From the NCBI GenBank assembly GCA_951406725.2, contig OX597823.1, positions 80,228,001-80,292,000 of the forward strand: a DNA stretch of 64,000 bases, in the 5' to 3' direction. Numbering within the stretch: the first letter of the stretch is position 1; every line of letters begins with the position of its first letter. Source of the DNA: Octopus vulgaris. Taxonomy: Eukaryota. This document shows positions 12,241 to 27,000 of the stretch, piece after piece. The notes under the pieces are model-generated. The model was not told the origin of the DNA. It saw nothing but the letters and a program-made list of their open reading frames with translations, and made no database searches. The translations under genes and the position numbers were made by a program.

Positions 12241-14725
12241 TTGATATTTTTGCAGTTATACCAAGGGACGCTTTGACTTTCTACCCCGATGCATATATAC
12301 ACATATACAAGTGTTCATTCAAGCGCATACATCTTGAATATAAAAATAAATTGACTTGTTAATCTTCGACACACACTCTCAATAAACAAGTATGTGAAAG
12401 TAAGTGAACCGTAGCGGAGAAACTAAATAACTTGTACCACGCATCCGTCTTAAAGATGAATAACGATATCGATTTTTTAATACAAGATCAGAAATACGGC
12501 GTGGGACACAGTCGAGTGATTGCACCACCTTTTTTATGTCTGGTACTATTTTTAGATTCTGGTAATATTCTAATTTTGGCAAAAGATCAGCAATTTTGAG
12601 TGGGAGGTAAGTCGATTACATTGACACCGATGTTCTCGAAAGGATGAAAGGCAAAATCGACCACGATGGAATTTGAACTCAGAACGTAAAAGAGCCAGAA
12701 GAATTGCCTATTTCTTTACTACCCACAAGGGGCTAAAACATAGAGGGGACAAACAAGGATAGACAAACGGATGAAGTCGATTATATCGACCCCAGTGCGT
12801 AACTGGTACTTATTTAATTGACCCCGAAAGGATGAAAGGCAAAGTCGACTTCGGCAGAATTTGAACTCTAAACGTCGTGGCAGATGAAATACCGCTAAGT
12901 ATTTCGCCCGGCGTGCTAACGTTTCTTCCAGCTCGCCGCCTTTAGATTCCAGTAATGTGAAAGACAACGCTAATCTTAATAGGAATTCGTCTCAAAACGT
13001 AGACCTACAGGTGGAGAAAAGGTGAATGTTGGTCAGAACCATTATTGCGAATTTCATCCAGACGTGCAAGTGATTGGAAACGATCTCGAAATAGCCAGTC
13101 AGAGTTGGTAAAATACATCAATAAAGCGATGTACTACCTTGACAATGATCATGTGATCAGGTTGGAGCACGTGAGCTTTCAGCTGTTGTTGTTATTGTTG
13201 TTGGTTACTCTAAGTCTCTCTAACAAAACAGAATTATAGACAAACACATTCAAGACACGGCCATCTCTTTCTCTCGGACGAAGTGGTCATTGTGTATCTG
13301 AAATTTGCCTGTGTCCTTTCCCGTTCAAGATGATAGCGTGTCGCTTGAGTTCAGCTGAGCTGTTATTTCTTATTTCTTTATTGCCCACAAAGGACTAAAC
13401 ATAGAGGGGACAAACGGATTAAGGCGATTACATCGACCCCAGTGCGTAACTGGTACTTAATTTATCGACCCCGAAAGAATGAAAGGCAAAGTCGACCTCG
13501 GCGGAATTTGAACTCAGAACGCAGCGGCGGACGAAATACCACAAAGCATTTCGCCCGGTGTGCTAACGTTTCTGCCAGCTCACCGCCTTAAAATAACAGC
13601 TGAGCTGTTATTTCTGACAGCTCAGACACCCACGTAGAGGTTTTTTTCTCATCGGTTTGTTACAAACACTTTAGGTCAAAAAATTGTCTCTTGAAACGAA
13701 GATGATAGTGAGAAACGTCTAGGACTTGGGTAACGGCTGCCCAGACATTAAATGAGGATTCAGTTTCTCAAATATTCTCAACACATTGAATTGGGAACGC
13801 ATTAATCTCGATTGTTAAAATCTTGAGGTTGTCGGAGATTATCCTAATTTGCCCTTCGTAGCTATCCTGCTTCTTTTATATTATTTGCTTTTTGATATCA
13901 TTTTTTTTATGTATAATCTATACAGCGAAGGTGCGTGGCTTAGTGATTATGGGTATTCGGCTCAAGGATGCAACGCGTCCCTACGACGCGTTGCATCCTT
14001 GAGCAAGATATTTTATTTCATATTGCTCCAGTCCACTTGGCTGGCAAAAATGAGTAGTACCTGTATTCCAAAGGGCCACCCTTGTCACACTCTGTGTCAT
14101 GCTGATTCTCCCTAAGACCTACGTTAAGAGAACACGTGTTTGTGGGGTGCTCAGCCACTTGCACGTTAATTTCACGAGCAGGCTGGTCCGTTGATCGGAT
14201 CAACTGGAACTTCGTCGTCGTAACCGACGGAGTACCAGTTTAGTATAATCTATAGTTATGAAACTGTTTGACTTTTTTTTTGTGGGTAGGGGAGGAATGT
14301 TATCTTTTTGTGTCATTCCTTCGGGTTTTATTTTACAAGCCCTGGGATTCTTAAGACCGTCATAAGTCACCGAGATCACAACAAAATAAAAAATTTTAAT
14401 ATAATGAAACAATTTTGTTTCAGAAATTTATGTATCAAAAACGAAAGACGATTTATAAATTGTGAAACTTCCATGGAACCCGGTTGTGCACAAGCACACC
14501 CGCTGATACAAACAAATATAAAGGCAAAGCACTTCTATACCATCATTTATAGGTGCAGGAGTGGCTGTGTGGTAAGTAGTTTGCTTACCAACCACATGGT
14601 TCCGGCTTCAGTCCCACTGCGTGGCATCTTAAGCAAGTGTCTTCTACTATAGCCTCGGGCCGACCAAACTTTGTGAGTGGATTTGGTAGACGGAAACTGA
14701 AAGAAGCCCGTCGTATATATGTATG

Positions 14726-14775
<50 letters not shown>

Positions 14776-17700
14776 CGTTTGTGTGTCTGTGCTTGTCCCC
14801 CCCAACATCATTTGACAACCGATGCTGGTGTGTTTACGTCCCCGTAACTTAGCGGTTCGGCAAAAGAGACCGATACAATAAGTACTGGGCTTACAAAGAA
14901 TAAGATCTGGGGTTGATTTGGTTCGACTAAATGCGGTGCTCCAGCATGGCCACAGTCAAATGACTGAAACAAGTAAAAGAGTAAACCACAAACAGATACA
15001 CAATCTCATTCATATTCGCTGAATTGGAACCGATTCATATAATAGATTTAACGAACAGTTGTAATTAACCTTCCAAGACGGCCAGCATTTCTGATGAGTT
15101 GTCAATACTGATGAGTGCAATAGTTGGTGCGAAACCGACAGCAATATTCTGACCAATTGTGTGACATAATCAGTCATACACTGCTCGATGATGTACATAT
15201 ATCGCCTGATCGACCAGACTAACGGATGGTGTTATACATCGCTGGTCACAATGTGCTTTGCACTGTTTTAGCTTTCGAACGATGCCACCCCGCTTGCCAG
15301 GCGACCAAGTCACCTTTCCTCCCCTGAATGGAAGACTATTCCATCGCAGGGTTACCCTTTTACAGCTGAGTGGACTGGAGCAACCTGAAATGAAGTGTTT
15401 TGCTCAAGAATGCAAAACACCGCCTGGTCCGGGAATCGAAACCACGATAGCTGGTGCTTGAGTGCAATATCCTAACCACTGAGCCATGCGCCTTCACACA
15501 CACATGCATACACACACAGATACACATACACAGCGTGCTCGTGTGCACAGAAAACGGTTCAAGACGTTAATGACCTGGCCTAAGCTATGTTTGCAGTAAT
15601 CATATTCACGGAATGTCAACGACCTGCCAAGGGTTCAGTAACTAGGCTTCTGAAAATATTTACTTTAAGAGATCCAACAATAAACTAGACACAACCGAAA
15701 TTCCTTGTTTTGAGTGAGTTGGATAACAGCCTACAATTTTATTCTTCCTACTAAGCCAGGCCAGGCCTTACCAACCATTTGCGGAGATTACAAAAAGCAT
15801 TAACCATAAGAGTAAACAAAGTCAGAATCCATTACTACTGGGAATATTTCTGCACATTTCATAGCTAATCTTTGAAAAGCCACAAATCGTTATATAGGAT
15901 TATGTATCTGTGGAAGTTTCTAGGAAAATTTCCCCGGGGTTTTGGCACAGAAAAGAGGAAAAACAAGAAGAATGGAAAATATTGTCAGATCTCAACCCTT
16001 CTTTTCTCAAACTCTAACATTAGAAAAATGTGTAACTGTAGTTTGGAATTTAAACTGCTCTTCAAGAGTTTTATAAAACGTGGCTCTTGTTTATCTTGAG
16101 ACTTTTAAGAAGTATTGAGATGAATTTCCTTCTGACATACTTGATCACCAGTAAAGAGGTTGTACCGAGACCAATTTCTGTTATGGGATATTGAAACCGA
16201 TCAGCTTTTTATGGTCATCTTACCTATCATGTGAATTTTGAAAATTGGTCGAGTATTGCACGTGATATGGCTCGAAGATCCAATCACATTGCACGTAATA
16301 CATTCTCAAATATATTTCTTTATTCATCTATAAAAAGGTTTACATAGAAGGGACGTTACAAGGGACATGTAGGTTACAGGCACGCTTCTTATATACACGA
16401 TGGAACGACAGATAGAATACATTCTCAAATAACTCATCTGAATGTGAGCTGGAGTCTACCTTCCTTCCATAAATAGGTATATCAAACCATCTATGAGCAG
16501 AGAGGTGAGCGATTTTCATGAAGGCGAGTGATGTTATCTTCCTGCGTCATTCACCAATACAAAATTAATATAATGGAGCATATATAACCAACGAAAATCC
16601 GAGCTGAATTGTCCAAACGATGAATGAACTATACAACCACCAGAATTCGTGATGTTTTATTTGGTTCACTGTACAATTTAACGGAGAAATAAAGTCTCGT
16701 TGTTATTTTTAAAGTTCGTTTCTCGTATTATTTCCCTGAGTGAACGCCCAACATATATTATATAATAGCATAAACCGACTTTATACCACACTGTTAAAAG
16801 ATTATAACCCGGGCAAGGTAGCTTCCGCCAAATCATTAACCTACTAACTAGAGATGATACGAATACTGGAACAAAATTAACCCCAGGATATGCACAGAGG
16901 TGATACAACAGTCCCAGAGCATTCAAATCTGTTAATGCTTCAATTTCAGACCACGATGGCTAAAACAGACTGAAGAACAGGCATCGATGCACACAAATAT
17001 ACTTTTAACCCATAAAGCGCTGGGATTTGCAGTTACATAGCATTGACTGCTGAGCACATTTAATGAAAATGAGACTACCATGCACACATAAAAGACAAAA
17101 TAATTGTTAAAATATCTTCTTAGTAAATAACGGTGATAAGTTTTACATCATCTGAAAAGTCATTAGTTGAACTATTAGTCCTCTTGCATTCTGGAGTGTA
17201 TCGCAGCGTTTGAGTGACATTAGACCCCAACAAACGCCCATAAATTAAATGCATCTATCTGGGCTACGATCGTGGCCTGTCGACCTGAGCCTGACTGCCA
17301 CGATCATGGCCCGTCGCGCTTTGTGTGTTAAACATTTCGTTACAAACATTACAGTCAGTATTTCAGCATATAATACATAGATACAAGGCGGCGAGCTGGC
17401 AGAAACGTTAGCACGCCGGGCGAAATGCGTGGCCGTGTTTCGCCTGCCGTTACGTTCTGAGTTCAAATTCTGCCGAGGTCGGCTTTGCCTTTCATCCTTT
17501 CGGGGTCGATAAATTAAATACCAGTTACGCACTGGGGTCGATGTAATCGACTTAATGCGTTTGTCTCTTCTGTGTTTAGCCCCCTGTGGGTAGTAAAGAA
17601 ATATATAATACATAGCTACCTCTACTTGAACGGGCATGGACAGACAACCGTCATAAAGTTGGGAAAATATAATAACGGTTTCAAATCTTGGCATAAGACC

Positions 17701-17904
17701 AGCTTTTAAGGGAGGCAGGTACTTGATTACATCGGCTCTGAAAGGATGAGAGGTAAAGTCTATCTCGACGGCATTTGAACTCAGAATGAAAACTGCAAGA
17801 AATGCCGCTAAACTTTTTGTCCAACCCACTAACGATTCTAGCTGCTCACCATCTTAGAAAGATTTAATAACAAACAATAGGAGAATATGAAGAGAATGCA
17901 AATA

Positions 17905-17910
17905 TTTATT
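17905..17910 (-). promoter_or_regulatory. Putative polyadenylation signal AATAAA of the mucin gene
   Basis: tttatt on the + strand, about 100 nt downstream of the TAG stop. Confidence 0.55.
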
Positions 17911-18007
17911 AATTATTTACTTAAATCAACATGTTACAAATATAATTTTTCCGTTAAAAATATAGATTCTTCTAACAATATTGTGTTCACTGTGTTGTTG
18001 TTGACCT

Positions 18008-18090
18008 CTACATAGGTTCACTTCCGGTGCAAACATTGCAAGCACAGGAAACAATGCGACTGAAGTTATGTCGGTGAGTTTTGCCATTTG
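18008..18090 (-). CDS. Mucin terminal exon: CTCK part 2 and stop
   Basis: TTCAATAG acceptor. [27 protein letters not shown] carries the CxC..C motif that completes the knot (11 Cys in total). Confidence 0.9.
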
Positions 18091-21000
18091 CTATTGAAAA
18101 AGAAAAAAAACAAAAACGAGATAAATATATTTGTAGAAAATGAAAAAGGTAAACATGACATCGAGCTAAGAAGCTTGCTTCCCAACCACATGGTTTTGGT
18201 TTCAATCTCACTGTATGATACATAGGGTGATTTGTGAGTATGTAAGGCATGCAACCGATTGGACACAAGAACGACAACTGCAAATCATTATTGTTGCCTT
18301 TTGGTAAAGAAATAGCTTCATACAAGAAGAATATGTTTATTTATGATTAAATGATAGATAATGAATACAGCTAGAACCATGTCTAAAATCTAAGGCACCA
18401 AAGAACCTTTTTTTAATGTGTTCCCCAGTGTTATCACAGATTATGCAACAGATAGAAAACCAGAGGTTTCTAACTGCACGAAATTAGATTTTCATTTTCA
18501 TTTACATCAGTGGTTCTTAAGTGAGATTCATATGGCTCTTGGGGTCCCATATAAGATTTTGTTGTTAAACTTTACTTATACTTCTACAAAACACAAAATA
18601 TTTTAATTATTAATTATTTTTTATACAATTTCTAATAATATTTAATTATAAAAGTATAAGATTTTTTTAATATATTGAATGGTTATAGAGGCCCGGTAGA
18701 GTAAAAAGGGAATCAATGAGATCCATAGGTAAAAAATGGCTAAGAATCACTGATTTACATGGAACATAGAATTCAATTGTCAGTAACAAAATTGCTTCCT
18801 GTTTCTGGTAGATTTTACAATAATTAGTGATAGACATTTGGAATAGAGATAAGCTCCCAATCAGGTAGAAACATGATCCAGTTTTGATTCATTCTTCGAA
18901 ACATTTCATTTCGAAATCACTGCTAACACTTTTGGAAAGGGCAGTGGGTATCAAAACATATTGTACCTTCTTCTCCAATTTAATATCCTGAGCCAATTTT
19001 GACTGAAATCAATAATTGAAATGCTGGATAGATCTATACATTGCTCACTTAGCACAAACTTAAATATTTATTTTTATAAATTGTATATTAAATTGTATAT
19101 GGCTTTCAGGTCCTTTCAGATTCAGGTGTGAATCTGTCAGTGCTTCAATTTAGTTATGCTAATATTCAATTGAAGTCTAATCTGCTTACTTAAAAAGAGG
19201 AAACTAAGTGCTGATGCCTTTTCCAATGTGATATGAAAAGTGAAACAAAAAATATTATTTGCCTGTGTGGTTAAGAAACTTGCTTCCCAACCATGTGATC
19301 CCAAGTTCAATCCAACTGCACAACACCTCAGGCAAGTGTCCTCTACTATGGTCCCAGGCCAATTAAAACTTTGTAAGTGAATTTGATAGATGGAAACTAA
19401 AGAAAGTTCTTTGTATATGTCTATCCTGCATGATGTGGTAATGAGGCAATAACCAGGGTTATAATTATCCCCTCAATTTATATATATGGATGTATGCATG
19501 TATTGTGTCATCCCATAAATAATGCATCTTTTTTTTTCAATTGCATGAACTAAAAGTCAGACGGCGACAGGGGACAGGATAAACTATCTGGATCAACTTG
19601 CTATAAAAGCAGGTAGTAATTTTACTTTATGCTTATTCTTAGTGCAAGTTCTGAAGAGTGCAGTTCAATTTTAACAGTTATTTTTTCAAAGCTATAATGG
19701 AAGTGACAAAGGAGCATATTCGGCATATTTTGCTTTATGAGTCCAATGAAGGCAACAACACAATGGAAAGTGCAAGGAATATTAATGCAGTATATGGGGA
19801 TCAGACAATAAGCATAAGCCAGTGTCAACAGTGGTTCCAGAAATTCCAAGCCAGGAACTACAGCCTAGAAAACAAGCCTCATCTTGGAAGATCTGCAGAG
19901 CTCAACAAAGACATCCTGCAAACCCTGGTCAAAATCCCATCGTAAGTGTTGAGGAACTAGCAGAGAAACTTGGATTTGGTCATTCAACCATTCATCAATA
20001 CCTGCATGGCATCAGTAAAGTCAGCAAATTAGGTTAATGGGTTCCTCACAAATTTTCCAAGTCTAATCACGGCCTCATACAGTGAGGATGATATTCCAAA
20101 GGCTGGAGCAGTTTGAATGGGAAATGATGCCCCACCCACCATATTCATTGGACATTGCCTCATCTGATTATCATTTACTTCACGGTCTACAAAATCATTT
20201 GGACGGAAAAAATATGAATTCTGTAGACGAGGTCAGAACAGTACTGGAGGAGTATTTTCCATCACGGACAAGTGAATTTTGGAAGAGGGGCCTTGCAAGT
20301 CTACCAGATAGATGGAAGAGCTTTGTAGAAAATGAAAGAGAGTATATTTTAGATTAAAAAAGAACTCTGTTTATCTTAATTTTGAAAGATAAAAGAAGTA
20401 TTAAAAAAGGCATTATTTATGGGATCACCCAATATATGTGTGCTTGTGTGTACCCTTGTCTTGACATCAAATGATGGTTGTAAAGGATCATCATCATCAT
20501 ACAAGTGATGGTGTCTTCTATGAGGAAATAGTACCTCACATGGAAACAGTTGAGGGTTGGTAACAGGGAGAGCATCCAGCTGTAGAAAGCCTGCCATAAC
20601 AGATTCCATCTGACCCAAGCAAGCATAGACAAGTGGATGTTAAACAATGGTGAAGATGATGATGATGGTGGTGGTGATAGTGATGGTGGTGATGGTGATG
20701 GTGATGGTGGTGGTGAGGAGGAGGAAGAGGAGGAGGAGGCTGTTTTCATTTGATAAAACCAAATATACGTACCGCACGTCACCATCACAGAGTCTTGTCT
20801 AACTTCAGCAGGAGCACAGCAGCGACATACACTCTGTATGTTACCATCTTCCCTGGTGCGAGCATAAGAGTTACAAGATCCACGACATTCCATAACCTTA
20901 ACTGGATGGATAGCTTCACAACCCATAACTTTTAGTGTGATATTTACAGCAAATGGCTGGCACTGGTCTTTTGGAGCCTCTGCAAACAGAATAAGAACAT

Positions 21001-24000
21001 CATGGATTAATAAGTGATTACTGATGAGGCAAATGAAAATTAGAGATATATTTTTAGCCAAAATATTCTATAAATATAATTAGGCATAGCTGTGTGGTTA
21101 AGGGGGTTGATTTGCCACTACATGGTTTGGGATTTAGTCCCACTATACAGCACCATGGACAAGATTCATAAGTCTGGTGGATGTTTTTGGCCAATGAGAC
21201 AAAATGATGTGAAAACACTGGCAATCCTAAAATTGCTTGTTCTAATGAAGAAAGTATATTATGAACATATAATATTAATAATAATAATGAAATTATTGTA
21301 TACAGTGCTCAGGTGCACCACAACTTATCAAAAGTGCGTATAAAGTATATGCAGTAATGTACAAATGTCTGGAAAGCAAACAGTGTATGAGTCAGATACG
21401 TGCTTGTGTGTGTATGGAGGGGAGAAAATCAGGTGTAGCGTTGGCAAATCTCAGGAAGTATGGAAGTTTTGAAGGATGCAGTGCTCCGACAACTAACAAC
21501 TGATGCCGGCAGTTTGCTTCATGCTTCAGCAACTTTTAGTGTGAAAAAATGTTTCCTGAAGTCATGGGCGCTGTGCTGTTTTCTGACTTTGTAAATATGT
21601 CCACGGGTGTTAGACAGATGGAGTTTGAAAAGGTGCTCAGAATTATTATTTGTAAGATGGTTAATAATTTTATGGGTGTCTGCCAAGTCAGCTGCCAGAC
21701 GTTGGAGTTTCAATGTATCTATGTCCAGGGAAGTAAGGCGTACATCCCAAAGTAGTTGTTCTCCAGTGATAAAACAACAGTGATCATCATATTCATATCC
21801 AAATCTGCCGGGACATATAGAAAGTAAATATACAGGTCATCATTTGTTCCTTTAGTTTCAGTCGTATCCCACTAGTGGTACTTTGTATTTCCTCACTTAG
21901 TCATCAATTTCCAAAAAATAAACCCATTTCCAACTATATTCACAATGAAATTATTATCCTTCATATTAATCAAGTTCCATAATCAATGTGTAAGCCCCAA
22001 ATTTTGTTTGCTAATACTTGTCAATGCCTTAACATGACAGTACCCTAATCTCAAGCTATTTCTGTATTTTTGATATGCTACATCAATTACTTCTTAACTG
22101 GCTCTGGCTCTGTAGTACAAATGTCTTGTTTTCATAAGTTCTGAATTAAAATCTTCCACCAAGCCTTAGTCACAATTTATGTTCCTAACACTAGCTTAAT
22201 GTTGACTAAGTTATTTTACTAAATTCTTTGTTAGATTTTAAATTAATTGAAAGTAACAAAGAGTATCTCAAAATAAATATAGTAAGGAAAGGGTTAATGA
22301 GCTCCTGAGTAAATTACAGATTATTTAACTTACCTGTTGAAGGTACAACAGTACTTTCAGTAGAGCTAGGTGTGGCTGTTGTGACTTTTGTAGCATTGCT
22401 AGTTACTGATGTTTCTGTGGATGACGGTGCTGTAGATGTTTGACTAGTAGTTGTTCCAGGTGTTGTCTCAGGTGATGTCTCAGGTGACGTCTGAGGTGAT
22501 GTCTCAGGTGATGTTTTCTCAGAAATGGAGGGACTGGATGTAATTGTACTAGATTTGGTCACACCTTGAGTTGTCAAAGCTGATGTTGAAATGTGAGACG
22601 TCCCAGAAATTGTTGTGGGTTTACTTGTTGTCTTAGCTGAAAATTAAAACATATTTGTCTTCCTAAGTAACATGCTGTCTTTTGAATTTGACTTATTAAT
22701 ATATTGAGACTGTGGACAATATAACTGAATTGCATAAATATAATTTTCTCCTCAAATAAACTAGAAAAAACTGAAGTTGCATGAGTTAATATAGGATCCC
22801 ATACTCTCTGTTAATGCTTTTGTTGCCATATTTCTGCTGAAACATACTGTGTTTGTCACAGTTAATTGTTAAAATGATTAAGATTTAAATAAAATAATTC
22901 TGTCATTATGAAGCTAGTTTTTAGAATATAAATTCCTATATTTTCCAACATACAAGTTACGAGAGGGTATCAAAAGAAACCAGAATTCTGAAATATTATT
23001 ATATTCACTTAGTTTTACACATTTACACTTTTCTCGCCTTGAAAGTATTCCCCATTTGAAGCAATGCAATGGTCCAGCTGTGTTTTCCATTACTCAAAGC
23101 AATGCTGGAACTCTTGTGAAGTGATGCCTTTTAATGCCTCCATCATTTTTTCTTCACTTCTTCCACATCTGCAAATTCCTATTTCTTTATTGCCCACAAG
23201 AGGCTAAACATAGAGGGGACAAACAAGGACAGACAAAGGGATTAAGTCGATTACATCGACCTCGGTGCATAACTGATACTTAATTTATCGACCCCGAAAG
23301 GATGAAAGGCAAATTCGACCTCTGCGGAATTTGAACTCAGAACGTAGCGGCAGACGAAATACCACTAAGCATTTCGCACAGCATGCTAACATTTCTGCCA
23401 GCTCGAAAAATTCTGGAGCACCAGCTTTCATCACCAGTGATGACCTTCATAAAAATGTTCAGATCAACTCCCAACTGTTCTTTCAATTTATGACACACAT
23501 TCAGTTGTGACTGCTTTTGATCTTCAGTGAGCAAGCGAGGCACAAATTTAGCTACAATTCTTTTCATTTGCAATTCCTCGCTCAAAATTCGTTGGCAGGG
23601 GCTCCAACACACACCAGTCATATCAACAAGTTCATCAATTGTTCAATGACAGTCCTCCAAGACCAGTTCATGAATTTTCATATTTTCATTCATTTGGGAG
23701 GTTGACAGTCACCCTGAGCAAGGTTGGTCCTCGGTGATAAGTAACCATTCCTGAAGTGGGAAAACCATTCATAAACTTGTGGTTTGCTCATGGTAGTGGC
23801 CTTGTAAGTAAGTTGTTTGAATCATGACAACTGTTTTGGCTGCTGTTTTCTTTAGCAGAAAACAAAATTTCATGGGAGCACACTGTTGGGGACCCTCTCA
23901 TATAGTGTAAACATTCAAACATTGCCATTATCATTCCAAATTCTGTGCATTTCACATGGAATTTTTGATCCTCCAAATTTGTCCTGGATGTACCAATTTT

Positions 24001-27000
24001 GGCTGTAAATTTTCATCTGAAAACTTGTATGCCAGAAAATACAGTAACCTAAATCTTTGATGAACGGTTTTAATTCAGATTATTTTAAATCAGCAAGTTT
24101 GCATCACAAAATCAAGAGCAATTTCAGGAAGGGCGGTATTAAATGAATTAAAGGATTTAAAGTTCATACCTTTAATGACCTGGGACCATTCCATCTTATT
24201 GAAAATAGCCATCATTCTTCATTCTATTTTACAAATTGTTTTATACTTTCTATGAATTTTATTCTGTAAACTCCTTTATATTTTGATAGGGTATTTAGAG
24301 AAGATGTTGGACCTCACAGAAGGGATGACAGGGAACCAAGATTTCTAGCAGTCTGCAGTGCTTGAGAAGACACATCAAGCTAAATAAATAAGTGGTTGTC
24401 TTTGCATACAGGCATGTCCCCTTCATCCCTCTTCAGGTGGGTGTTCCTAATCTTGCAGGCTCATGGGTGCCAGTGCCACATAAAAAGCACCCATGCTGTT
24501 TCTGCATAAGAGCACCCAGTTCTCTGTAAAGTGGTTGGTGTTAGGAAAGGCATCTAGCCATAGAAACCATGCCAAAAGAGATGACTGGAGCCCAGGCAGC
24601 TCTCCAGCTCCTGTCAAACTGTCCAACCCATGTCAGCACGGAAAGCGAACATTAAATGATAATATTAAATAGATGAGGCTAGCCTAATGTAGCAGGAGTG
24701 TTAAAGTGTCAAACATTTGCTAGACGTGCATACAACATTTCTCATTGTTGTTCATACAATTTTTTATCATTATGATCATAAGTTTGATGGTGAGTCACTG
24801 AAGAATACACTAAGCATTTACTGTTATTTGATATAACAGTATAACAGAAGGCGGCGAGCAGACAGAAACGTTAGCGCGCCGGGTGAAATGCGTAGTGGTA
24901 TTTCGTCTGCCGCTATGTTCTGAGTTCAAATTCCGCCGAGGTCGACTTTGCTTTTCATCCTTTTGGGGTCAATTAAATAAGTACCAGTTACGCACTGGGA
25001 TCGATATAATCGACTTAATCCGTTGTCTGTCCTTGTTTGTCCTCTCTGTGTTTAGCCCCTTGTGGGTAGTAAAAAAATAGGTATTTTGTCTGTCGTTACG
25101 TTCTAAGTTCAAATTCCTCCGAGATCGACTTTGCCTTTCATCCTTTCGGGGGGACGATAAATTAAGTACCAGTTATGCAATGGGGTCGATGTAATCAACT
25201 TAATCCCTTTGTCTGTCCTTGTTTGTCCTCTCTGTGTTTAGCCCCTTGTGGGTAGTAAAGAAATAGGTATTATTTGATATGACAGTAAAATATATTAGCT
25301 ATGTGACACTTACCAGTGATTGTTGTGCTTCCTGATAATGTTGTTGGGCCTGTAGTTGATATCTTTTCACTTGTTGACGATGCTGTTCCAACCGTCACTG
25401 TAAAGTAATTGACATGAAAATAAATGTTAAACCTCTTTAAGAGTCAGTGTTTATCTTGAACTTCTGTGAAATTAGGTCAAGAATAACCATCAAAATTTCG
25501 CAAAAAAAAAAATGCTAAGCAAAGGGATAACTTTCAGTTACATAGTTGGCCTAGGATATTCGCAACTTAGGGCAAAACAATTACCCAGTGCTAATTATAT
25601 TGTTCTAATTTACCTGACGTTATTTAAACCCTATAAACTATTAAAGGAGTTTGTAAGTGTAAGATCTTATGACTAAATACCTGGTGTTGTTGGCTGTGGT
25701 GTCTCGACAGTCGGAGGAGAGGAAGCAACCTGAGTTGCATTCGCCGTTGTTGATGATGGTCCACTTGTTGTCGTGGTTGTTGGAGGTGAGGCTGTGGATG
25801 GTACTGCTGTTGATGATGCTGGGGGAACGCCGGTTGTCGTACTTATTGGTGTTGCTGACGAAGATGACAAAGTTGAAACCACAGGAGTAACAGTTGTTGA
25901 GGCAGAAGTACTGCTCACTAATGTTGTTGTTGCTGATGGTACAACAGTTGTAGCTGATGTCAAAGCAGTTGCAGCAGATGTTCTTGCAGAAAACACAGCT
26001 GTTGTGGTTGCTGAAGGTGTAGTAGCAGTAGTTGTAGCTGGTGATGCAGCTGTTGTGGTTGCTGAAGGTGCAGCAGTTGTTGTTCCTGATGGTGCAGCTG
26101 TTGTGGTAGCTGACGGTGCAGCAGTTGTTGTTCCTGATGGTGCAGCTGTTGTGCCAGCAGTTGTGGTACCTGATGGTGCAGCAGTTGTGGTTCCTGATGC
26201 TGCAGCTGTTGTGGCAGCGGTTGTGGTAGCTGATGGTGCAGCAGTTATGGTTCCTGATGGTGCAGCTGTTGTGGCAGCGGTTGTGGTAGCTGATGGTGCA
26301 GCAGTTGTTGTTCCTGATGGTGCAGCTGTTGTGCCAGCAGTTGTGGTAGCTGATGGTGCAGCAGTTGTTGTTCCTGATGGTGCAGCTGTTGTGGCAACAG
26401 TTGTGGTAGCTGATGGTGCAGCAGTTGTTGTTCCTGATGGTGCAGCTGTTGTGACAGCAGTTGTGGTAGCTGATGGTGCAGCAGTTGTTGTTCCTGATGG
26501 TGCAGTTGTTGTGGCAGCAGTTGTGGTAGCTGATGGTGCAGCAGTTGTGGTTCCTGTTGGTGCAGCTGTTGTGGTAGCTGACGGTGCAGCGGTTGTGGTT
26601 CCTGATGGTACAGCTGTTGTGGCAGCAGTTGTGGTTCCTGATGGTGCAGCAGTTGTTCCTGATGGTGCAGTTGTTGTGCCAGCGGTTGTTGTTCCTGATG
26701 ATGCAGCGGTTGTGACAGCAGTTGTGGTAGCTGATGTTGCAGCTGTTGTGGTTCCTGATGTTGCAGGTGCTGTGCCAGCAGTTGTTCTTGCAGATAGTGC
26801 AGCAGTTGTTGTTCCTGATGGTGCAGCTGTTGTCGCAGCAGTTGTGGTAGCTGATGGTGCAGCTGTTGTGCCAGCAGTTGTTGTTCCTGATGGTGCAGCT
26901 GTTGTGGCAGCAGTTGTGGTTCCTGATGGTGCAGCTGTTGTGGTTCCTGATGTTGCAGCTGTTGTGACAGCTGTTGTTCCTGACGGTGCAGCTGTTGTGC

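Noticed and set aside
17245-17829. 194-aa ORF with apparent signal peptide (MGWTKSLAAFLAVFILSSNA)
   Set aside because: Composed largely of two family-A SINE copies read in different orientations, with no coding signature.
20417-20772. Poly-Ser/Pro extension of the 214-aa CTCK ORF
   Set aside because: Intronic read-through into a (GAT/GGT/GAG)n microsatellite and repeat tail. The knot is completed by the 18008-18090 exon.
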